Virus record (IMG/VR): IMGVR_UViG_3300028908_000007 | Span: 11,389-75,388 of that record | Length of the DNA: 64,000 nucleotides | Strand: one strand, 5' to 3' | From: a virus | Shown here: positions 10,631-20,239 of the stretch, piece by piece | Position numbering within the stretch: the stretch's first letter is position 1 | Layout of the letters: each line of letters starts with the position of its first letter | Translations under genes and position numbers: made by a program | The notes under the pieces: model-generated | Seen by the model: the letters and a program-made list of their open reading frames with translations, nothing else | The model's database searches: none | What the model was told of the DNA's origin: nothing

Positions 10631-10773
10631 TTATTACTTGAGTATGCGGTTGAGAGTCGAGCTTGCTCAATCCGTCGGGTTTTTGATCTGATATGCTTAA
10701 ACCTGTCAAAAGTTTTTTTACTCGTTGCTCGTCAGCGAGAGTTTTGTTTGAATATTTTTTCTGGAGAAAATAA

Positions 10774-12966
10774 ATGCATTTAAAAGACATCGTTGTCGGA
10801 AGGCGAGGTTACTCCGATAGCACCTCTGCGCTCATTGGCGAGCTTCAGCGAGAAGTTGAAGACAGGCAGGTGCTTCGTGAGGACATCGCACCTATCGTTG
10901 TAAATACAGAGTCTCTTGACGAAGTAGCGAAGACCCGTCTGCAATCTGCTGCCAGCACCATGATCGATTCCTTCGAAGCGGTTACCGCTAGCCTGGGTAT
11001 TGATGTGCAAGCAGAAGAACACAACGTACAAGCTGCTGTCGTTGCTTCTCTGCTGGCTACTGCTGGTCGCAAGGCGCTGGCCAACAAAATCAGCACGCCG
11101 TCTGCAAACGGTGAAAATGTAGTAGTTATGGAATCGGCTACTGCTGAAGATTCCTATATCTCTCGGAATGTAAATTTCGAAGCATACGATGAAACTGAAA
11201 ACAAGCAATCGGCTGTTTACAGCTTCTTCTACAACTTGATTTCCTCTACACAGGATCCGGTTGCCGAGCTGTTCTTCCCGACCATTGTTATCAGTCCTGA
11301 CCAGCATGGTCTTGAGATCAATGTTACGCTGCTGCGGATCTTCGACGAGGTAGAGCACAGCACCAGCGGCGCCGTAGCTGATTTCAAATTCAAGAACGTT
11401 CTTCGCGCTTATCGCGATTACACTGTTTTAAAGTCCGACGTGACCAAGATCGTACCTGTGTTCCGCAGTGGTGTCAACGACACCAACTTCATGAGCACGG
11501 ATCTGACGGTCGGTGTTCCGAATGTAAACACCAATGGTAGCTGGAATACCACTGTTGGTGGTGAAACTGTCGAAACCCTGCCGCTGAAACCTGGCGTACG
11601 TCTTGACCTGATCGGTCTGTCTCAGACCAACGCACTGCTTGCAAAGGGTGTAATGGATGAGACTGACGCAGTCGACACTGCTATCTACCTGGATAGTATT
11701 TATGTCAATCTGGGTGATGATGGTGCAAGTCCTCCGGGCGATGTTGATGTAATCAAGCTGTCGACCAAAGGTCTGCCTGAGTCCAACTTTGTATATGGTC
11801 CGCAGGGCGATTATCGTAACATGATTCTGGTCATGGATAACACTGGTCTGGTTATCAGTGATCCGACCTGCATCGACGGTGCTGCTCCGTCCAATGTTAC
11901 CTGGCCGAACGGCTATAGCGCTCGTATCCATATCGAAGCAAGTGGTCAAGTACAGACTCAAACTGGTCGTGCTGTTGTTTATATCACTCGTTTCGAGCTG
12001 GATTCTGTATATGACAGCAACAACCAGATCGTTGCTACTACTGACACCAACTATGCTGCAATCAAGACCATCATCGATGACGCAGAAGTTGTTGGTTATG
12101 AGCTGGATGCCAACCGCACCAACACGAACCGTCGTCAGCGTGGCCAGATCATCGACGTTAATGTGAAGACTGCGATCTTCCCTGTTCGTCTGCGTAGCCC
12201 GATCAGCTCGATTCGTCCGATTGGATATGGCGATGATGAAGACGCCAAAGCAATGACGGCTCTGAATACGACTACTCGTATTCGTACCAGTAAGGATGCT
12301 ATCACCGCACTTATTGGTGCTTCTGATGTTCTGTCGGCTTGGGAAGCTCTGCCGAATACGAACTCTGAACTGCCTGAGATTCTGGGTGTTGGTCGTTATC
12401 TGGTGAAGCCGTACTACATGCAGGAAAGCATCGATATGACCACGATTGTGGACAGTGTCATGTCCTCCAATCGTCAGGAAGACATCCGTGCAGCCCTGAT
12501 GGGTAAGATCATGGACCACGCTTACCGCATGTGGAGTGAGTCCGAGTACAGTGCAGCGTTTACTGCTTTCGCCGGTACTGGTGCTCGTCCGACCGTTATT
12601 GTTGCAACAGATACCGTTCTGTATCGCTATCTGAAGCCGCAAGAAGGTTCGGATATCTCTACCGATGCTTTCGACGTACGTATCGCTGCCGATCCGGATA
12701 GCCGTCTGTCGGGTAAGATCTTTATTTCGTTCGGTATCTTCGATGATACCCGCAATAAAGAGCCGAATCCGTTGCAGTTTGGTAACATGGCCTGGGCTCC
12801 GGAGGTCACTGCCGTACTTCCTGTTAGCCGTGGTGGTCAGATCTCGAAAGAGCTGACTGTATGTCCTCGCTATCAGCATGTTGTTAACCTGCCGGTTATG
12901 GTACGACTGGATGTTAGCAACCTTGAGAGCGTCCTGAATAAGGTCACTATCAACAACTCTGTATAA
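10774..12966 (+). CDS. Major capsid protein (phiKZ gp120-like)
   Basis: 730 aa; FEAYDE, QDPVAELFFPTIV, NRTNTNRRQRGQ and ELTVCPRYQHVVNLPV motifs; GGAG RBS; strongly biased, GC-richer codon usage. Confidence 0.93.
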   Translation: MHLKDIVVGRRGYSDSTSALIGELQREVEDRQVLREDIAPIVVNTESLDEVAKTRLQSAASTMIDSFEAVTASLGIDVQAEEHNVQAAVVASLLATAGRKALANKISTPSANGENVVVMESATAEDSYISRNVNFEAYDETENKQSAVYSFFYNLISSTQDPVAELFFPTIVISPDQHGLEINVTLLRIFDEVEHSTSGAVADFKFKNVLRAYRDYTVLKSDVTKIVPVFRSGVNDTNFMSTDLTVGVPNVNTNGSWNTTVGGETVETLPLKPGVRLDLIGLSQTNALLAKGVMDETDAVDTAIYLDSIYVNLGDDGASPPGDVDVIKLSTKGLPESNFVYGPQGDYRNMILVMDNTGLVISDPTCIDGAAPSNVTWPNGYSARIHIEASGQVQTQTGRAVVYITRFELDSVYDSNNQIVATTDTNYAAIKTIIDDAEVVGYELDANRTNTNRRQRGQIIDVNVKTAIFPVRLRSPISSIRPIGYGDDEDAKAMTALNTTTRIRTSKDAITALIGASDVLSAWEALPNTNSELPEILGVGRYLVKPYYMQESIDMTTIVDSVMSSNRQEDIRAALMGKIMDHAYRMWSESEYSAAFTAFAGTGARPTVIVATDTVLYRYLKPQEGSDISTDAFDVRIAADPDSRLSGKIFISFGIFDDTRNKEPNPLQFGNMAWAPEVTAVLPVSRGGQISKELTVCPRYQHVVNLPVMVRLDVSNLESVLNKVTINNSV

Positions 12967-12986
12967 CGACTAAGTCGTGTACTAAC

Positions 12987-13040
12987 TGCATCCCCTGTCC
13001 TTCTTGGGCAGGGGATGTATATTACCTCTCCTTTTTTTTT
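12987..13040 (+). terminator. Terminator after the MCP gene
   Basis: Stem TGCATCCCCTGTCC/GGGCAGGGGATGTA followed by a T-run. Confidence 0.8.
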
Positions 13041-13080
13041 GTGTCCTTCCTTTTTTCCTTTTCCAAATTAAATCAAACTC

Positions 13081-13093
13081 TTGATATATTTAA
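13081..13093 (+). promoter_or_regulatory. Candidate phage promoter motif TTGATATATTTAA (copy 1)
   Basis: The exact 13-mer recurs at 15015 and 61867, each time upstream of a + strand gene. Confidence 0.6.
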
Positions 13094-13096
13094 AAC

Positions 13097-13357
13097 ATGA
13101 GAAGAATAAAAGACGGTTATCTTATAGAACATTTAGACGAGTTATTAATCTTATTTCAAAATAACATTATGTATGATAAGGTAAAGGCAGTTATAGATAA
13201 GGCTGCTGAGAACGGACATAAGTGGTGCAAAGTTGTAGTTGATAAGAATATACGTATTAATCCAAAAGTTCTATATGTAGAGACAAAACCTTCAATTTCC
13301 AATAAAGATCAGAATTTCATCCGGCGTGAGAAACTCTATGGATCCGATTATATCTGA
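13097..13357 (+). CDS. Hypothetical protein
   Basis: 86-aa ORF starting immediately after the promoter-like motif; its 3' end overlaps the RNAP gene start. Confidence 0.55.
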   Translation: MRRIKDGYLIEHLDELLILFQNNIMYDKVKAVIDKAAENGHKWCKVVVDKNIRINPKVLYVETKPSISNKDQNFIRREKLYGSDYI

Positions 13358-15005
13358 ACTGACCGAAGAAGAAGTTCCTAGAGGACATAAGGAACTCTTG
13401 CATGGATTGGCGAAGACGCAGCTAATGGATAGTGCTTTAGTGGTAGATAAAATCTTTAGGGAGGCTAGTAGATCATTTCCTTCTTGCTTACAATATGAAG
13501 GTTATAAGGTATTAACTCCAGACGAGTGTTATAAATCTTTATTGGATATATCTGGTAATAAAGAATATGATATAGCCAAATGTAGTCTGTACATGGCTGA
13601 ATTTGTATTTAGCACCGATATAGATGGAGAACGAGTTTATATTCCTAGGAGGATCTTTTTACCATATATAGAGAACGACGGATCGATATACTTAAGTGGA
13701 AATAAGTATTACTTCAAGCCAGTACTTACGGATAGAATTATATCTGCCACAGGTGGAGGATTCTTTATAAGACTCATGCAGGATAAGTTTCCATGCGGTG
13801 AGAAAGGATACAATATTTGTATCAATAATGAAATCAAGATGGTATTTGTATTGGAAGTACCTGTATTTAATAAACTTAGACCCAGACGTGGGCGGAAGAC
13901 ACTAATAGAAATTCCAAATGCAGTACACTATATACTTTCAAAATACGGATTACAAGATACATTTTCTAAGTATTTAAAGAAAAAGAATATTAAGATAATA
14001 CCCAAATCCTCTATCACACCTTCCCATATGGATGATTTTTATGTATATACTTCCGCAAAACACATAGATTTGGATATTGCATTCATCATACCAAAGGATG
14101 ATGTAAAGACGATATCTGATAGGGAAACTATAGATGCGTATATGGCTGGGATATTTCAAGTGTTGGATCGCTATGGAGTATCTAACCGAGATAAGAAACC
14201 AACGATTACTATGGAAAACATCTATGATAAGAGATCATGGAAGAATGCTCTTACGAACTTATTGATTACCAGTACTTATAGTGGTAAAGTCGTCACATAT
14301 CCATCTACAGTATTGCTTAGAGAAATAAGTATACACTATGAAAGATTGGATACCTATCTAGAAAGACAATTACAAGACTATCTCTCACACATCGGCGTGA
14401 GAATAGAAAACTTTTATGATCTTCTCCATTATATCATCTCCCACTCCAAACACCTCCGAGCTGCCAATAACGTCTGGATGAAGTATCTTGACGTATCCTA
14501 CTACATTTTCTATAAGTTTATCGAGACGATTTTTAGTGTCAAGAACACAATCGTAGGTAAGCTTGCGGCAGGTAATAGGGTAACTTCGAAAGACATTTCC
14601 AAACTCTTGCAAAAACTATCCACACGAATGTTTCTAAACATAACGAAAGGCGGTAGTAGAAACATAGTGTTAGACACGGTAGATTACCCAGGAGATAATA
14701 TCTATCTGGGTATGACACAGTTGATCACATTGCAGGAATTAGGGGATGGTGTGGCACAAGGAGGCAGAAATACGACATCGGTACTTCCTCCAAGTGTAAA
14801 GAGACTACACTCCTACGATATAGCTGTAGGTAGTCTATTAGCAGTATTCAAGAGTAGACCTACACCAAGGGTACGTCTGAATCTCTACGTACAATATGAT
14901 ATCAAAACAGGAAAAGTGGTCACAAGTCCAAGATACAGGAAGAAGATGGATACACTACAGAAGTTGATTGATGGTAGTCTGCGGTGGGAGCGATTACCAG
15001 ATTAA
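13338..15005 (+). CDS. Non-virion RNA polymerase beta subunit, N-terminal part (phiKZ gp123-like)
   Basis: FPSCLQYEGYKVLTPDE, YDIAK.SLYM, IFLPY...GSIYLSGNKY..KPVLTDRIIS and DYPGDN; position after the MCP. Start placed at MDPII. Confidence 0.85.
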   Translation: MDPIISELTEEEVPRGHKELLHGLAKTQLMDSALVVDKIFREASRSFPSCLQYEGYKVLTPDECYKSLLDISGNKEYDIAKCSLYMAEFVFSTDIDGERVYIPRRIFLPYIENDGSIYLSGNKYYFKPVLTDRIISATGGGFFIRLMQDKFPCGEKGYNICINNEIKMVFVLEVPVFNKLRPRRGRKTLIEIPNAVHYILSKYGLQDTFSKYLKKKNIKIIPKSSITPSHMDDFYVYTSAKHIDLDIAFIIPKDDVKTISDRETIDAYMAGIFQVLDRYGVSNRDKKPTITMENIYDKRSWKNALTNLLITSTYSGKVVTYPSTVLLREISIHYERLDTYLERQLQDYLSHIGVRIENFYDLLHYIISHSKHLRAANNVWMKYLDVSYYIFYKFIETIFSVKNTIVGKLAAGNRVTSKDISKLLQKLSTRMFLNITKGGSRNIVLDTVDYPGDNIYLGMTQLITLQELGDGVAQGGRNTTSVLPPSVKRLHSYDIAVGSLLAVFKSRPTPRVRLNLYVQYDIKTGKVVTSPRYRKKMDTLQKLIDGSLRWERLPD

Positions 15006-15014
15006 CTCGCTTCT

Positions 15015-15027
15015 TTGATATATTTAA
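15015..15027 (+). promoter_or_regulatory. Candidate phage promoter motif TTGATATATTTAA (copy 2)
   Basis: Exact repeat; flanked by AACTCGCT and TAACTGT, as is the variant copy at 39404-39429. Confidence 0.6.
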
Positions 15028-15093
15028 CTGTTAGTACGATTTGGTGTGCACGCCAATCGTCTTTTTTGTTCAATAATCTCCAGGAGAAACAAC

Positions 15094-18000
15094 ATGACTG
15101 AATCAGTCGAAACAATTCAACTTGTAGAACCTATTCCTTATTGGAATAGGCAATCTTTGCGTCTCTCGAAGTATGAGGCGAGTGAAGCCGCGAGAGCGGC
15201 GATTATTACAGAGAATACTACACTTGAAGAAATAAAAGAGCTTTCCGATAAGATACGAGAGACATATTATAATATAGAGCTTTATCCCTATCAAGATGAA
15301 AAACTAAACTATCGTGAAGATGGTTCTCTGGATCTGGAAAATCCGACTATTACAGTGGATGATGTTCTAAAAACAACTGTTCCTAAGGAAGGCGTTGATC
15401 CTGATTATATATACGTAGCTCTATATAATACCGAGAAGAAAACAATCTGGCTTATGACTCTAGAAGAGTTTTTACGTGTTTCTGGAGAAGCGCCAGAAGT
15501 CATAAAGAAAGCAGTAGAAGTATCAGATGTGGAAGATATCACAAAACAACTTCTTAATAGCATTGGTCTTAAATATGACCGTAGTACATATGAAGGATAT
15601 GTAGAAAATTATGTAGAAGGTGAAACAAATTTCATGTCAAATGGTGTGGAGGTCTTGCGAGAGCTCAAGAAGGAAATGAAAAAGGCTCAGAGCCCTGAGA
15701 AGGATTCTACCGAACTGCTTTCGGATGAGGACTCCACAAAAGAAGACTTTGATATTGTTCCCATAGAATACATATCCAGTGTAGGTGTTGTAGAGTATAA
15801 AGACTATGTAGAAGGTGTAGAGCATTATAATTTTATTACACAAGTCATTAGACGATTCGAGTATGAGTTCGAAGCTAAAGAAGGTGAGAATAATATATAC
15901 ACACTTCCGGAGCCTTGGTGTGGGACGGATGTTTTATATTATCGTAACAATGATGAAAGGGATTTTATCGATAATAAACTTCAAAGTAAACCAAAATACG
16001 GATATGGTTTAAAACATACTGCAAATTTCAAAGCAAAGATAGCTACAATCTACGACCAAGAGTACAGAAGAAAGAAATATGACGAATATGTAGAATCTGG
16101 ACGTGGTATTGATGATACAGACATTGCTACTGTTATTGAAGTCGACGAAGATGATATTATCTCTAGTAGCGATATTTATCAAGAGAAGAACTTTGGTACC
16201 GCAGAGTTTGTAAAGCTCAATACGACAGAAGGATATGAAATCATCCTTTACTTGGATGAATTCCAAGAACTCCTGAACACTACACTTGTATTAATGCCTA
16301 GCGGTTTTTCAGAAGAAGAGTATCTGTCATTTCTGGCAGAGCAGATCAACATCTCTGTAATTGAAGGTCGTTTGGCAGTTGTATACTATACTGGTGTAGA
16401 TAAGGAACTCCTTATCGAAGTGCTGGATGGAATGGAAGTATATTACAATAAGTATCCTATCGATGATACGAAGAAGCGTTTGAGAGTTCTTAGCTCGAAC
16501 CACATTCCGTATGCGGTTGCGCATGTAGACGCTCTTTATACAGAAACACCAAAGGTAACTTGTAAAGATTTCATCAAGAACGGTTATCGTTGGGTAAAAG
16601 TCATTACAAAAGACAATAATTCTTTATTATTGAATATTACAGAATTGAATAGCATCGAGAATAATGAATATTTACAGAAGCTTTTACAGCGTGATGAAAT
16701 CGATTACGAGACTGCTAGAAGAATAGAAAAACGTATTATGTATAATTTCGAACCTATCCGTGGAAGAATTCCCATGGAGATCAAGGAAGAGATGGTTATC
16801 GAACCAAAAGAACCAGAACCTTCTGTAATGAAAAAACCGGTATTGGAAGTAACAAGACCAGAAATTCCAATTACAGAAGAAACGGAGTATAACGAAGATG
16901 ATATCGATATTACGGTTACCAGCACACTGAACGATCCTATACCAGAACCAAAGATTCAGCGACCTGACAGGAAACTGACGGTAGAGCTCATCTACGAGAA
17001 TATGATCGAGAATGTTCGCGATCAGTTAAAGCGTGGTGAGCCTGCGCCTGGTGCTGATAGAATCGTTCGGGATAGTATCGAACCGAATATCGTAATCCGT
17101 AATCTGGATGGAACACTAACTACTGTCGATTATTGCGGCGATTATGAAACAGTTTATGTATTAGACTATAAAGGTATGGTACATAGACTGTCTGTAGAAG
17201 AAGCCATTCTTTGGTTTAATACAATTAAGATTATCAATAATAAGTACGAGTCTATTAAGGTAATACCCAGGAAGATCTATGAGATCGATCCAAAAGAAGT
17301 AGAGGATCTCAGGGAACTCAACTCCAGAATACATGTCGTAGATAGAGCGAAAGCAATGCTTCGCCAGTTCATTGATAGACAAATTAACCCAGCATTCAGA
17401 AACACTGAAGCAAATTTCGAAGCTGGGAAAGATATGTACAGGCCTACAGCGCCATATACCAATATCACTTCCTCTAATCTACATACCGATATGTACCAAG
17501 AATATGTTAGAAGTCAGGAAGCACAAGGTAATAATGTAAGGAACAAGAAGAACTTTTATGAGAAAATGGCAAGAGCAAAAGAGGAGGCAAGTAGAGAAGA
17601 ACCCAAAACTCAGACTGAAGCACCAACAAACCAGCCAAGCAAGAGCTCTGTAAAGAAGAAGATCGATAATCTTCTTAGCAAAGTACCTGAGGAAATCCGA
17701 GACGTTATGTTGGAGATTGCTCAGAGAGCTGCTCAGAATAACGGTATTCTTCCGAAGAGCTCTAGACATGTTACAAGTTCGCCACACTGGCCAATTTGTA
17801 ACACAATCATTCAACTTTTGATGGGAGAAAACGGAACAACACAAACACAACGTCCACAACAGCAATATACCCAACAACAACCTACACAACAATCCACACA
17901 ACAACAGACATTTACTACCCAACAGAGACCGCAGTATACACAGCCTAATACTATGGCAAATCGTTTATATACTACACAACAGGGACATCCATCCACGCTT

Positions 18001-18507
18001 TATGGACAGACACCTACACAACAGCCTATGATGCATACACAGCAACCACAGCAACAATATACCCAACAACAGTATCCACATCAACAATACCAACAACAAC
18101 ATCCCCAACAGCAGTATGGACACCAGCAATATCCACAGCAACAATACGGACATCCGGGGTACGTACAGCAACCGTATCAACCGCCAAGAGTACATAACGG
18201 TATGAGAGGTCAGCAAGTGCCACACCATCAGTACTACCAGCAACCTACTCAGCCGTACCATCAAACACAACAGCCTATGATGTATACACAGCAACCACAG
18301 CAACAATATACCCAACAACAGTATCCACATCAACAATACCAACAACAACATCCTCAAACACAACCTATGATGCATACACAGCAGACACAATATCAAGAAC
18401 ACTACCCGCATACTGCATCGCAGATGCCACAAACACCGCAAGTCGCAGTACAAATGGTTCAGTCAGCTAGACCTGCGACGGGGTATAACGGCGGCCCTTT
18501 AGACTAA
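15094..18507 (+). CDS. Large acidic protein with an internally repeated module and a C-terminal Q/P/Y/H-rich low-complexity (prion-like) region
   Basis: Start reassigned to ATG 15094 (GGAGAAACAACATG RBS); about 1137 aa; the last ~220 aa are dominated by Q, P, T, Y and H. Confidence 0.85.
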   Translation: MTESVETIQLVEPIPYWNRQSLRLSKYEASEAARAAIITENTTLEEIKELSDKIRETYYNIELYPYQDEKLNYREDGSLDLENPTITVDDVLKTTVPKEGVDPDYIYVALYNTEKKTIWLMTLEEFLRVSGEAPEVIKKAVEVSDVEDITKQLLNSIGLKYDRSTYEGYVENYVEGETNFMSNGVEVLRELKKEMKKAQSPEKDSTELLSDEDSTKEDFDIVPIEYISSVGVVEYKDYVEGVEHYNFITQVIRRFEYEFEAKEGENNIYTLPEPWCGTDVLYYRNNDERDFIDNKLQSKPKYGYGLKHTANFKAKIATIYDQEYRRKKYDEYVESGRGIDDTDIATVIEVDEDDIISSSDIYQEKNFGTAEFVKLNTTEGYEIILYLDEFQELLNTTLVLMPSGFSEEEYLSFLAEQINISVIEGRLAVVYYTGVDKELLIEVLDGMEVYYNKYPIDDTKKRLRVLSSNHIPYAVAHVDALYTETPKVTCKDFIKNGYRWVKVITKDNNSLLLNITELNSIENNEYLQKLLQRDEIDYETARRIEKRIMYNFEPIRGRIPMEIKEEMVIEPKEPEPSVMKKPVLEVTRPEIPITEETEYNEDDIDITVTSTLNDPIPEPKIQRPDRKLTVELIYENMIENVRDQLKRGEPAPGADRIVRDSIEPNIVIRNLDGTLTTVDYCGDYETVYVLDYKGMVHRLSVEEAILWFNTIKIINNKYESIKVIPRKIYEIDPKEVEDLRELNSRIHVVDRAKAMLRQFIDRQINPAFRNTEANFEAGKDMYRPTAPYTNITSSNLHTDMYQEYVRSQEAQGNNVRNKKNFYEKMARAKEEASREEPKTQTEAPTNQPSKSSVKKKIDNLLSKVPEEIRDVMLEIAQRAAQNNGILPKSSRHVTSSPHWPICNTIIQLLMGENGTTQTQRPQQQYTQQQPTQQSTQQQTFTTQQRPQYTQPNTMANRLYTTQQGHPSTLYGQTPTQQPMMHTQQPQQQYTQQQYPHQQYQQQHPQQQYGHQQYPQQQYGHPGYVQQPYQPPRVHNGMRGQQVPHHQYYQQPTQPYHQTQQPMMYTQQPQQQYTQQQYPHQQYQQQHPQTQPMMHTQQTQYQEHYPHTASQMPQTPQVAVQMVQSARPATGYNGGPLD
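18016..18353 (+). repeat. 89-nt in-frame direct repeat (18016-18104 and 18265-18353)
   Basis: The two copies differ at one base (C/T), are offset by 249 nt (83 codons) and encode TQQPMM(H/Y)TQQPQQQYTQQQYPHQQYQQQHP. Confidence 0.95.
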
Positions 18508-18575
18508 TCGGGGAGTTATACCCCAATCTCCTGGAGAGTGCACAGACCTATCTGGAGTCTAAAGCAAACGGATAT

Positions 18576-19037
18576 GTGAATCCTTACTTTGTTAGGGATG
18601 TCGTCAAGGAAGACGTTATTCACTCCGGAGAGAAGGTTACGTGGCTTGGTGTTGACATTACACCACACGATTACCATCCAGATTATTCAGCACCTGGTAT
18701 GGTATTGCCTCCTCCATCAGATCAAAATACGAGATACGATTTATTTACAGAGATGGAAACTACCGCGAAGACATATCTAATACTGGATAAACTTAATAGT
18801 AATCGAATTGAAAGATTGTTACATCAACGACCGAGGCTTATAAAGGTATTGCCACATGGGTCTGGTGAGACAGATTATTACATTCTGACATTACCAGAGT
18901 TCCTGTGGTTACTGTATAACTATTTCATGGACATGCATCGACATAAAGTATTAAGTTACGATATGATACTGCGTCTCCTTGAATATGGTTTTTATAAGCT
19001 CCCCCATTCACCAGAACATATAGGTTTCTTCTTATGA
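18576..19037 (+). CDS. Hypothetical protein
   Basis: 153-aa ORF with GTG start; ATGA overlap with the next gene. Confidence 0.7.
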   Translation: MNPYFVRDVVKEDVIHSGEKVTWLGVDITPHDYHPDYSAPGMVLPPPSDQNTRYDLFTEMETTAKTYLILDKLNSNRIERLLHQRPRLIKVLPHGSGETDYYILTLPEFLWLLYNYFMDMHRHKVLSYDMILRLLEYGFYKLPHSPEHIGFFL

Positions 19038-20218
19038 GCGATATCAAAATAGTCGATATACAATACCATTCCATACATCCATGCTACAAGAAAGCAGATA
19101 ACATCTTAGATAAATCCATGAATCTTCTCTTGAGTCAGATGGCTTACTTCTATCTGACTCTTGAGTATCATGGAGTAGTAAAACAGATCGATATGTCGGA
19201 TCCTGTAATTACTACATCATACGCCATGTGGAATATGTCTCTTCGTGAGTGGATTAACCAACATGGTCCTTATTTTAAGATCTATCGTTCACCATCTGTC
19301 GTTGCGAAGGAGGTAATATCGTCAACCTACACACTGGTTAAGTTTGTTGGAATGCCGTATTTACAAGAAGTATATTCCAAGGATATATTTGGCAGGGATA
19401 GACAGTTCCACATACACGATTATACAAAGTCCGATTATCAGGAATACTACGATACCCACTTATTCTTTGTAAATGGATACTACCACAAGGCAAGCACAAA
19501 CCCAGATGGAAAGGGTATAACAATTCATGACGCAACAAGCACTGCTTCTCATTCAAAAGTAAAGGAGGTGGTCCATCTAAATTGTAAGAAACCAGTCAAA
19601 CGGCTTCCTATTGAAGCCTCACATATTGTCCAAACAAACCCAAACATGCTGAATGGTTTTACCATCCAGATTCCAACAACTGAGGAGGTGCAAAACCCAA
19701 TAGTATTTATCTGTGGTATGCTGCTTGATAATGAATTTTATCAGGTGGTTTCAAAAAGCCCATCGCTTCTTACTTTGGAAATAAATCCATTTGTATTGGA
19801 TTTCAAGAAGTTCTTTTATCACGCTAGCAGATTTCTCGATCTGAAGGAGGTGTTTCAATACCGTATCCCAGCCACTTACTTTGAGACTCTCAATTTTTGG
19901 GAGGATTTGTTAACATCTAACTATTCGGAGGTAATTGATATCGGAGAAAACTCAGAACTTGTACATACTCCCATAGAGCATATACTTTGCGATCTTAAAG
20001 ATTCGTTAATCAAAACCGAATACTACCAGATAGTTCCGGTAGAGAACTTTCATAAAACAATGTACGGGATAACAGATGCTGTAGATTTCGATTTTCAAGA
20101 TCCTACAAAGACATACCGTTTTAATCCAATACAAATAATGGTCGGAAGTGATTACATTCGCTACGACTACAACGCAAAACCAAAATTCATTTTTCAAGTC
20201 GCTCACACCGTTTACTAG
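19034..20218 (+). CDS. Probable virion structural protein (possibly phiKZ gp127-like)
   Basis: 394 aa; LFFVNGYYH and IVFICGML segments; adjacent to the portal gene. Confidence 0.55.
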   Translation: MSDIKIVDIQYHSIHPCYKKADNILDKSMNLLLSQMAYFYLTLEYHGVVKQIDMSDPVITTSYAMWNMSLREWINQHGPYFKIYRSPSVVAKEVISSTYTLVKFVGMPYLQEVYSKDIFGRDRQFHIHDYTKSDYQEYYDTHLFFVNGYYHKASTNPDGKGITIHDATSTASHSKVKEVVHLNCKKPVKRLPIEASHIVQTNPNMLNGFTIQIPTTEEVQNPIVFICGMLLDNEFYQVVSKSPSLLTLEINPFVLDFKKFFYHASRFLDLKEVFQYRIPATYFETLNFWEDLLTSNYSEVIDIGENSELVHTPIEHILCDLKDSLIKTEYYQIVPVENFHKTMYGITDAVDFDFQDPTKTYRFNPIQIMVGSDYIRYDYNAKPKFIFQVAHTVY

Positions 20219-20239
20219 CCACATATTACACATTCTTGT

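Noticed and set aside
11428-12879. 483-aa antisense ORF (and the 192-aa ORF at 10780-11358) inside the MCP gene
   Set aside because: Shadow ORFs expected from the MCP's biased codons (few TTA/CTA/TCA, so few antisense stops); no recognisable motifs.
17811-18453. Cys/Val/Leu-rich minus-strand ORFs and a possible CRISPR-like repeat region
   Set aside because: These are reverse-complement products of CAA/CAG Gln codons. The repeats are in-frame coding duplications, with no constant repeat plus unique spacers and no cas genes.
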